64,000 bases of DNA from Paraspadella gotoi (Eukaryota; Animalia; Chaetognatha): NCBI GenBank assembly GCA_051294375.1, contig CM119266.1, positions 5,379,210 to 5,443,209 on the forward strand, read 5' to 3'. This document shows positions 1-11,448 of the stretch, one piece after another. The position numbers and the translations under genes are program-made. Positions within the stretch are counted from its first letter, which is position 1. Each line of letters opens with the position of its first letter. The notes beneath the pieces are model-generated. The model did no database searches. It was not told the DNA's origin and saw only the letters and a program-made list of their open reading frames with translations.

Positions 1-280
1 CCCGTCGCGCGTCTAAAAGTTACGAACCTCTCAATGATATTTTTTTTGTTGGTATTACAAAATTTTACAAAAACCGAATTATGTTCAAAAGTTATACCCA
101 AAATAACTTTGGCTTAATATACATCGTGTTCCCATTATAAGTATATCTAATTTAGATTTTTAACAAAACAAAGATTGTTACAATTAACTATTGCGAAATT
201 TTGTCTACAAAGTTTGTTTTTTATGATTAAAATTAACAACAACGTTTTATAATGGCACTAAGATTTTAAATATTTTAAAT
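1..280 (+). repeat. Direct copy of 7788-8061 (segment flanking the array)
   Basis: cccgtcgcgcgtctaaaagttacgaacctc... is near-identical at 1 and 7788. The copies diverge after atattttaaat. Confidence 0.85.
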
Positions 281-2830
281 AAATGGTCATTTGAAATGTG
301 ATCGACTGAATAAGGAGAAGAGGCGAAGCACCCTTATTCTTTATCAAGTGCACTGTCGCAGAACGTATAGGCTTATGCTCGGTACAGTTTGTTGAACCTG
401 TAGATGTACCACTCCAGTGGACCATAAGATTTTAGTCCTTTTGAATGTTTTTCTTAGGGGCCCTATCTCGATGGGGAAGTTTAAGGGATCTCCAAGGGGG
501 GGGGGTTAAGAGGGAATCGACACCCTGGAGTTTTAATTAAAACATTCGCGGTTTATGTTTCAAAAGAAACCCAAATTTAGGGCCAAGAGGCGTCGGAAGG
601 CTTAAAAAAAAATATAATAAATGTTTAAAAGTGTAATTTTTATTTTTACGACACTTAACACGAATAAATTTATTTCGCAAATGATTAAAAATTTTTTCAG
701 AAAAAAAAAAATTTAGTATAAATTTGAGGAAGGTTAAAAGGGAATGTTTTGAGTGTTGTGATTAGCAAACATTTTTTTTCATCAAAAAAAAATTATTACT
801 ATAGTTTAGAACGCCTAATTAGCCGGTGAACTATCACTAACTTATTTTAACGTAACTATCCGACAACAAAATTGTTCTCCCACTGACATAATTTCAAACA
901 AATTATATTCTTCAAAAGTTTTAAATCGATATTTTTTTTTCTCTAAATAGTTTTTTAAAAAACGATTGGGTATTGATTCACGTGTAATTAACAAAATCTC
1001 TCGTTGTTATCCGTTGTTTGATCCAGATTTTCATAATGACATCGGCTTTGCGGATGAACTGAGAGAGGCGCTCTAGAACCAGTAGAACGTTCAATTTGTT
1101 TTTATATACTGCCATAGTTCTTTCTTTTTGAGTCTTTTAAGCAAAATAATAATAGAACTTATAAGGAGTCTATTTATCCGAGACTGATCTATTTATTTGT
1201 AAGTAATAATAAACTTCATTCACCTTGGGCTTAGCTATTTTCTTTCCATACCATGAACATCGAAAAGTCGAAAGGCCCAAATATTTTCAGTATCGATTTC
1301 TATCGCGAACCATTGAAATTAAACCGCGAAAGGACCGTGAACACATAATCACCTCGATCAACCGGTGAACGTCGATGGTGACCCGATGAGGTTTCTCTTA
1401 TGTCGCCGACTCAGCGAAGATTCGCTGGCGACCACTTCCGGTGCCACCACCGCTCTTCCTCCTCCTCCTCCTCTTCCTCTCTCGTCTCATTGTTCACCTA
1501 GTGCTCCCCCCCCCTCTCCCCCCCTTTCTTGGAGGAAAATCCCGCGCGAAAGTCAGCGGATCGAATCTCCGCTCGGAACTTTCGTGATTTTCGTGAAAGT
1601 CGTCGAATCGAGATTCCACGAATCACGAAAAGTTTGTTTTTTCTTCGATTCACGAGTCGATGCTGATTTTCGAGAAAGACGACGAAATCCGACGCCGGAT
1701 TTTCTCGGCCGCCGTCGCCGATTCCGGCCGATATTTAAATCTCCGAGAAATTTTTTTGTTTTAATACGTTTTTTGTTGGTGTTTTCGTTTTAATTTACTC
1801 TCATTAATTTTGTTTTAATTTCATTTTGTTTTAGTTTTTTGTTCTTCTTTTGTTTTGTTTTTTTTTCATCGAGTTCTGATCTGGTTAACGTTCCTTTTCT
1901 GATATTTTTGTCTTCATTATAATTCTTAGTAATTCTATATTTTTTAAAAAATATTTATTTCCTAAATGTTTGATTTCATTGCCACCTTCCATAGACCTTC
2001 CACAATATTGCTTGCCCTTGTGTTTTTGACTTTCCAAATGGACGAGTTGCTTCTTCAGAAACAAATTTCACAAATAAAAAACCAATGTTACCAAAACGTA
2101 AACATTCCAGAATTCCAGACCAAAATTGTCGCACCCAAAACTTTCACACTTTTTGGTGATCATAAAATAAACATTTCACGCTGTTTTCACTCTGATCATA
2201 AACATCACGAATGTTTTTATCACAGTTGTAAGCTTGTAACATTAACTTCGAATCTTATTAAAATAAATATTTCTAATTATTCTTAAATAAATGATTTTTT
2301 TAATTTTTTTTATTACTTCTTTTACCCGTATTTAATGACGAGTCGTCACCACAACCATATGTTACTTTACATTTAAATTGTAAATTGTTGTATATTTTAT
2401 TTCGCTAAACGTTATAACTATAGAAATTTCTGAGTGTTATACTTTAAAGTATTTAAGACACAAAAGCAAAATGTAACATTAAAAATGCGGTGAAGTTATT
2501 TTTAGACACTAAAACCAAATTCAGCGTCACAAAGAAACTGAAATTTTTATTTTTATCTGAATAACAGAGGAAGATTAAAATAAAGCAATTAAATTTTCAT
2601 TTTTTTATTTCCTACGTAAAACTTTAATTTTTACGACTTCGTCTTCTTCCCATTTCATAATTTGTTTTCCTTTTAAGTTGTTTTTATCCACTTCCCTTTT
2701 TTGTTTAATCCGCTTCCCTTTTGTTTACATTCGCCTCTCTTTTGTTTTCATTCCGCTTCCCTTTTATTTTATGCGACTTCCTTTTGTTTTTATTCGCTTT
2801 GATGCCCTTTTGTCGAGTTACGCCAACTAT

Positions 2831-2866
2831 TTGTTTCAGTTGCCTAACCAGACTTGAAGCGTCCCT

Positions 2867-2943
<77 letters not shown>

Positions 2944-2953
2944 ACGACGACGA

Positions 2954-3022
<69 letters not shown>

Positions 3023-3129
3023 ACGAGAAACGACGACGACGATCACGTAATCGAGTTACGATTCGTCGACGTCATCTTTTGTTCAGTTGCCTAACCAGAC
3101 TTGAAGCGTCCCTTGACGACGAACGACGA

Positions 3130-3160
<31 letters not shown>

Positions 3161-3174
3161 ACGGACGACGACGA

Positions 3175-3212
<38 letters not shown>

Positions 3213-3268
3213 AGACGACGAACACGACGACGAACGACGACGACCGACGACGACGACGACGACGACGA

Positions 3269-3299
<31 letters not shown>

Positions 3300-3521
3300 A
3301 CGACGACAACGACGACGAACGATCACGTAATCGAGTTACGATTCGTCGACGTCATCTTTTGTTCAGTTGCCTAACCAGACTTGAAGCGTCCCTTGACGAC
3401 GAACGACGAACGACGACGACCGACAGACGACGAACGACGAACGACGAACGACGACGACGACGACGACGAACGACGACGACGACGACGAACAACGACGAAC
3501 GACGACGAACGACGACGACGA

Positions 3522-3607
<86 letters not shown>

Positions 3608-4406
3608 ACACGACGACGAACGAAATCGACGACGACGAACGACGACGACGACGAACGACGACGAGACGACGAACGACGACGACGACGACGACACGACGAC
3701 GACGACGACGAACGACACGACGACGAACGACAGACGACGACGACGACGAACGACGACGACGACGCGAACGTACGACGAACGAATACGACGACGAACGACG
3801 ACGACGAACGACGAACGACGACGAACGACGACGACGACGATCGACGACGACGCGACGAACGACGACGCACGAGCGACGACGACGACGCAAGACGAGCACG
3901 ACCGAACGACGACGACGACGACGAGCGAACAACGAGACGACGACGACGACGAACGACGAAGCGACGACGACGAACAACGACGAACGACGACGAACGACGA
4001 CGACGACGACGACGACGACGATCGACGAACGACGACGACGAACGAACGGACGACGACGACGAACGACGAAACGACGACGACGACGAACGACGACGACGAC
4101 GACAGACGACGACGACGACGACGACGAACGACGACGACGACGAACGACGACGACGACGACGAACGAAGACAACGACCGACGAACGATCACGTAATCCGAA
4201 GTTACGATTTCGTCGACGTCATCTTTTGTTCAGTTGCCTAACCAGACTTGAAGCGTCCCTTGACGACGAACGACGAACGACGAACGACGACGGACGACGA
4301 CCGAACGACGAGGACGACGACGACGACGACGAACGACGACGACGACGACGACGACGACGACCGAACGACGACACGAACGACGACGAAAACGACGAACGAC
4401 GACGAA

Positions 4407-4438
<32 letters not shown>

Positions 4439-4850
4439 AAACGACGACGAACGACGACGACGACGACGAGACGAACGACGACAACGACGACGAACGATCA
4501 CGTAATCGAGTTACGATTCGTCGACGTCATCGTTTTGTTCAGTTGCCTAACCAGACTTGAAGCGTCCTTGACGACGAACGACGAACGACGACGACGACGA
4601 CGACGAACGACGACGACGAACGACGACGACGACGACGACGACGACGAACGACGACGACGACGACGAACAACGACGAACGACGACGAACGACGACGACAAC
4701 GACGACGACGACGACGAACGACGACGACGACGACGACGAACCGACGACGACGACGACGACGACGAACGACGACGACGACGACGAACGACGACGACGAACG
4801 ACGACGACGACGACGACGACGAACGACGACGACGACGACGACGACGACGA

Positions 4851-4889
<39 letters not shown>

Positions 4890-4935
4890 ACGACGACGAC
4901 GACGACGACGACGAACGAACGACGACGACGACGAA

Positions 4936-4977
<42 letters not shown>

Positions 4978-4989
4978 CACGACGACGCG

Positions 4990-5021
<32 letters not shown>

Positions 5022-5318
5022 ATAACGGACGACGACGACGACGACCAGACTTGAAGCGTCCCTTGACGACGAACGACGAACGAACGACGACGACGACGAC
5101 GACGACGACGAACGACGACGACGACGACGAACAACGACGAACGACGACGAACGACACGAAGAAACGACGACGACGACGACGAACGACGACGACGACGAAC
5201 GACGACGACGACGACGCGACGACAACGACGAACGACGACGGACGACGACGACGACGAACGACGACGACGACGACGAACGACGACGACGACGACGACGAAC
5301 AACGACGAACGACGACGA

Positions 5319-5352
<34 letters not shown>

Positions 5353-5416
5353 ACGACGACGACGAACGACGACGACGACGACGAACGACGACGACGACGA
5401 CGACGAACGACGACGA

Positions 5417-5447
<31 letters not shown>

Positions 5448-5592
5448 TACGACGACTTAGACGAACGACGACGACGACGAGAACGACGACAACGACGACG
5501 AACGATCACGTAATCGAGTTTACGATTTCGTCGGACGTCACTTTTGTTCAGTTGCCTAACCAGACTGAAGCGTCCCTGACGACGAACGACGA

Positions 5593-5627
<35 letters not shown>

Positions 5628-5706
5628 ACGACGAACGCGAGACGACGACGACGACGACGACGAACGACGACGACGACGACGACGAAACAACGACGAACGA
5701 CGACGA

Positions 5707-5740
<34 letters not shown>

Positions 5741-6231
5741 ACGACGACGAACGACGACGACGAGACGACTACGAACGACGACAACGACGACGAACGATCA
5801 CGTAATCGAGTTACGATTTCGTCGACGTCATCTTTGTTCAGTTGCTAACCAGACTTTGAAGCGTCCCTGACGACGAACGACGAACGACGACGACGACGAC
5901 GACGAACGACGACGACGAACGACGACGACGACGACGACGACGACGAACGACGACGACGACGACGGAAAACGACGAACGAGACGAACGACGACGACAACGA
6001 CGACGACGACGACGAACGACGACGACGACGACGACGACGCGACGACGACGACGACGAAACGACGACGACGACGACGAACGACGACGACGACGAACCGACG
6101 ACGCGACGAACGACGACGACGACGACGACGACGAACGACGACACGACGACGACGCGACGAACGACGACGACGACGACGACGACGACGAACGACGACGACG
6201 ACGACGACGACGAACGACGACGACGACGCGA

Positions 6232-6277
<46 letters not shown>

Positions 6278-7736
6278 ACGACTACGACGACGACGACGAC
6301 GAGGACGATACGAACGACGACCGAACGACTGGACGACTCACGTACTTACGCGCCGTTGAGACGAGCGAACGACCAGACGACGACCGACGACGCGATTATG
6401 CATTAACGAGACGACCGGCAGTACGAACGACGACGTACCGACGACGAACTAACGACGACCGACCCGACGACGTAACGACGACGACGGAACGACGACGACC
6501 GACGAGCGACACGACGAACGACGACCGAATACGACACGTACGAGTTACGCCACTATATGTCATTTCTGACCAGACTTGAAGCGTCCCTGACGAAACGAAA
6601 CGAACGACCCACCGACGAACGACGACAGAACCACGACGACGACGCCGACGACGACGGGACGAACGACGACCGACGACGACGACGAAATCGAACACGAACA
6701 GCACGAGCGACGCGACGACGTACTGAACGGACACGACACGAACGACGACGAACGATCCGGTAATCGAGTTTACGCACTGGTCAGGTGCGAGCCAGACTTG
6801 AGCGCCACTGCGACGACGAACGACGAACGACGACGACGACGAACGACGGACCGACGGAAAACCAAAACACGCAACGACGACGCGACGACGACGACGACGA
6901 ACGACGACAGCACGTGTTTAACCGAACACGACGACGAACGACAATCGACGCGACGACGACGAACGACGACCGAGAACGACTGCAGACGACGACGACGACG
7001 ACGACCAATGACTTTCTCTTGAATGCGGCCATGACATTGACGACGAACGAACGAACGACGACATGACGACGACTGGACGACGCTGTACGACGACGACGAC
7101 GACGACGACGAACAGAACGAGACAGTCCAGACGACGGAGACCGTAGACTGACGAACGACGACGACACACGTCGAACGACGACGACGACGAACGTCGCGAC
7201 GACGTACGCAAACGAACGACGACGCACGACGACAAGCGACTCACGACACGTTGAAGCCGAAGAGACGAAGACGACGCGTCACATACGTGTCCGAATCGAT
7301 ACGCCAAACTGCATTGCCAACAGACGACGCTACGACAGGAAGACGAACAAGACGACACGACGACGACGACGAAACGACCGAGACGCGCTTAGAAGCTCGC
7401 AGACGAGCCGCAGAAGGCGAGACTCACTCGTACCGACTTGTATTTAGACGAACGACTTGACACGACTGAACGACGACGACGACGACCCACTAGACGACGA
7501 CGACCGGACCGACGACGACGACGAGACCCAGACGAACCGACGACGACGAACGACGACGACGAACGACGACCGACGACGACGAACGACGACGACGACGAAC
7601 GACGACGACGACGACGACCAGACTTGAAGCGTCCTTGACGACGAACGACGACGAACGACGACGACGACGACGACGACACAACATCACGTACGAGTTCGAT
7701 TTCGTCGACGTCATCTTTTTTTTTTTTTTTTTTTTT
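2831..7736 (+). repeat. Composite tandem array: 74-bp constant unit separated by variable-length (CGA)n/(CGAA) microsatellite, ending in T21
   Basis: Unit gatcacgtaatcgagttacgattcgtcgacgtcatcttttgttcagttgcctaaccagacttgaagcgtccctt is near-intact at 3041, 3321, 4185, 4496, 5504 and 5796. Partial or degraded copies at 2831, ~5044, ~6535, ~6755, ~7617, ~7682. Confidence 0.9.
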
Positions 7737-8069
7737 GACGTTGGTTACGGTTTTTGCGTGAACGCGTCAATGACGCGTCCACGTCGCCCGTCGCGCGTCT
7801 AAAAGTTACGAACCTCTCAATGATATTTTTTTGTTGGTATTACAAAATTTTACAAAAACCGAATTATGTTCAAAAAGTTTACCCAAAAAAACTTTGGCTT
7901 AATATACATCGTGTTCCCATTATAAGTATATTAATTTAGATTTTTAACAAAACAAAGATTGTTACAATTAACTATTGCGAAATTTGTCTACAAAGTTGTT
8001 TTTATGATTAAAATTAACAACAACGTTTTTATAAGGCACTAAGATTTTAAATATTTTAAATAGCTCTAC

Positions 8070-8112
<43 letters not shown>

Positions 8113-8497
8113 CCCATCTCTCTCGGGTCATGTTTGTCCGTAATCTTTTCCGTTCCACTTTTTCCGTTGACTTCTCGACCTCATTTATCTCCTTTTCATT
8201 TTTTCTCTCATCTTTTTTTTTCCGCGCTAAAAATGTTCGCTTTATCTGATGATCTGATAATCTACTTTTCTTTAAAGAATTCACATGAAAGAATTGGTAT
8301 CCTTATGGCTACAAGTTATTATGATAAAGCGTATTGTTGGGTTTGCATTTTGATAATTTTTTTTCAAAACTAAACAAACAAAATTGAAATAAACTCTTAA
8401 AATCCCTATAACCGAAGATTTTAACCATAAAGACCCTTTAAATTTAAGAAGGGAAAAATGATTTCTTTAATTTTTTAAAAATAATTTTGATAAAAAA

Positions 8498-8913
8498 ATG
8501 AATTCACTTTTCTTCCTTCCGTCATTGATGCTGCTCGTCCTTTGCGTCGCTGAAAATGGTTCCCATTGCAAGTCCAACCAATTCTGCAAGAAAAACGTAA
8601 AATGGTATAACGACGGCTGCTGCTTCGGAGTTATCGTTAAAGAGCGGAAGTTTTAATGCTTGCACCGACAACTGCAAAGGCTGTGCGCTTTTAGGAGGGA
8701 AGTGCGGCGCCGTCGCTTTTGCCGTCGGAATCTTTCGTTTCGTCGTCGTGGGCGTCGTGGGCGTCGTCGTCGTTTGGGGCAACGAGGATTTAATCGTTGA
8801 CCCTGAGATTTCCGACTTGTCAGTTCGGGAGGAAGATGGGAAAGTTAAAAAAACTATACGAATTATTTTAATCAAACATTTTTCGAGTAGAAATCTTAAT
8901 TGTTTAATGTAAC
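8498..8913 (+). CDS. Putative small secreted or membrane Cys-rich protein (signal peptide + 8 Cys); apparent 1-nt indel at ~8651
   Basis: Reads MNSLFFLPSLMLLVLCVAENGSHCKSNQFCKKNVKWYNDGCCFGVIVKERKF. The mirror copy continues in frame with NACTDNCKGCALLGGKCGAVAFAVGIFRFVVVGV. C-terminal end is uncertain. Confidence 0.55.
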
Positions 8914-9291
8914 TTTACAATGTTTGGCGTTTCATCTGTAATTAGAAGAAATTATTTCGAAAGTCAGCGGTTTGTTTTTGTTGTTGTTGTTTTTGTTGTA
9001 TATTTTAACATCATTAGATGTAGGAAAACGGTTAATAAATAATCTCAAGTTTCATTTAATCGAGGGCTCGCAGCTGTCGTGATTAACATGAGGCGGTGAT
9101 GCTGTGGCGGGTACATTCACGCCGCTCACGTCCACCATGCTACCATCCAATATACCACCACATGCAATGTTTTCCTTAAGAATTCCTACAAGAATTTATT
9201 TAGTTTTTAAATTAGTATTTTTTTCTGAAGAAGATCTTGTTTAAAATCATTAGGACATTACGTGAATTAAAAAAAAAAAACATTAAAACAA

Positions 9292-9316
9292 NNNNNNNNN
9301 NNNNNNNNNNNNNNNN
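9292..9316. other. 25-N scaffold gap (also 22529-22553, 29694-29718, 37297-37321, 41572-41596, 60517-60541); larger gaps at 50095-50296 and 59620-60148
   Basis: Ns counted directly. Confidence 0.98.
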
Positions 9317-9325
9317 GTTCTCTAA

Positions 9326-9384
<59 letters not shown>

Positions 9385-11149
9385 CTCTCCCTTCTCTCTC
9401 TCTCTCTTCATCTCTGGTCATGTTTGTCCCGTAATCTTTTCCCGTTCCACTTTTTCCGTCTGACTTCTCGACCTCATTTATCTCCTTTTCATTTTCTCTC
9501 CTCATCTTTTTTTTTCGCGCTAAAAATGTTCGCATTTATCTGATGATCTGATAATCTACTTTTCTTTAAGAATTCACATGAAAGAATTGAGGCTGCATTC
9601 CTTATTCTCGGTTTTCGTCTCATCGGTAATCTTATGCTACAAGTTATTATGATAAAGCGTATTGTTGGGTTTGCAATTTGATGAATTTTTTTTCAAAACT
9701 AAACAAACAAATTGAAATAAACTCTTAAAATCCCTATAACCGAAGATTTTAACCATAAAGACCCTTTAAATTTAAGAAGGGAAAAATGATTTCTTTAATT
9801 TTTTAAAAATAATTTTGATAAAAGAAATGAATTCACTTTCTTCCTGAGTAGTTTTTATACAAAAAAGCGTGACGGACGACGACGACAACGTCGACAACGT
9901 CACAAAGAAGCAACCCTAAAACATTATAGAGCCTGACCCGGCTTCGCCGGTCAAGGCTCGATAACAAGAGACGTCAACATTAGCCGTAAAAACCTTTTGA
10001 ATTTAAAATCAAATCTCGCAGTCCAAGTACGTAACGTGATTTTAACTTCGCCTCTTTCAACAGCGATCCATGATTTAAGTCTCTTGAAACTGAAAATCCA
10101 ACTCGAAATCTTCCACTAATCGTGATCTGGGTGTTTTATTTATTTTTTTTTTTACGTTCGTAATTTATTCTCTAGTTTTATTTCCTTCGAGGCATCGACT
10201 TTGGCCGGGGGGGGGCAGGTTGGTGGATGGATAACAACTCCACATAACTGCGCATACGTTTAGCATACTTCCCATATTGAGATAAGAACGTCACGGCAAA
10301 AATAACTTGGTCGCGTTTAATCATTTTGGAAATGAAGCCAACTTTTTGATAAAACTCCTCGTGACATTAAAAAGTTTTTTTTTTTTGTTTTTGCCAACAA
10401 AACAAACCTAACTTGCGGTCGAAATACGTTAAACTTAAAGAACATTAAATTATTTTTTTAAAAATAGAGTCGAATTCCTTGAGTCAACACGAATAACTGT
10501 TAAACGAACCATAACTCGCTTAAACTGTTGTTAAACCCTTTTTAATTTTATTTAATTCTGTTTTTCCAACGTCTCGCTCTCAATTTTTTTTCCCTTTTTT
10601 TCTCTTCCGGTTTTAATTTTTTGGTAACAAAACCAAAAACGTAAAAGGATTTTGTTTATCCCTTATTACCAAGAAAATTTAACCTAATTCCAAATTTAAT
10701 TATAAATAGAAAAAAATGACCGGTTGTGTTACTGTCTCTTTTCTTTACAACAGATGATGGTATGAAAATACATCACAAAATGTTAGTTTACAACAATTAG
10801 TTGAAACAGATACATACAACAGGGCAAACACAGTAACAGATACACAAAAAATAGTATATTTTTACAATTCGACAAAATACACGTAATGACTTAATGTCAC
10901 TTAATTCGTTTTCAAAAATGAGTTGTATTCATGAGAGAAAAAGAAAAGCTCTTTTATCAAATGCTTTTTTCACTCTGGAGATTCGAGACAAAATCCTTCG
11001 TTTTTCTCACTCAAGATCTGATTTTCACGACGCTTTCACATTTCTGTGAGTTTGACTCAGTGAGTCTCTAGGATCTGGGATAACTTCCCGATTCTCTTTC
11101 GTTTGATTCAGAGGTGATTACGATATTCGATCGTCTGTGTTTAAAACAT

Positions 11150-11448
11150 GGGCTCTCTTTCCCAAAAGTGCCCTCTATCTGTTCGTTTTTCCCAAAATTC
11201 AATTATACTTTTAATATTTTGCCTAAATATGTTTTTAACTAATCCATAACCCTAATCCCTAACATTAACCTAATCCTAAACCTTTATCTCTAATATCTAA
11301 CCCAAACCTCTAACCCTAAATGCAAGTCCCTAACCAAAATCCCTAACCCAAATCTTAAACCAAATCCCTTAACTTAATCACTAACCTTTAACCCGATTAT
11401 TAATTTCCGAATTTCACATAAAATCGGGCGCTTTGGGAAAATAAGCCC
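11150..11448. mobile_element. MITE-like element: ~23-bp imperfect TIRs enclosing degenerate (TAACCC)n filler
   Basis: Left gggctctctttcccaaaagtgccc, right gggcgctttgggaaaataagccc. Assembly copies at ~14878-15170 and ~28149-28440; related elements at 58595-59050, ~53957-54100, ~57000-57330. Confidence 0.55.

Noticed and set aside
1365-1793. 142-aa ORF in a GC/CpG-rich patch
   Set aside because: No recognisable domain or convincing splice-bounded frame on either strand; may be a promoter or UTR but this is unsupported.
3101-5848. 915-aa ORF and dozens of overlapping poly-R/D/T/S/V ORFs in both array copies
   Set aside because: CGA/TCG repeats lack stop codons in all frames; there is no domain content and the frame shifts between units.
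2831-7736. CRISPR array
   Set aside because: The spacers are low-complexity microsatellite of very unequal length, the repeat is 74 bp, there are no cas genes and the context is eukaryotic.
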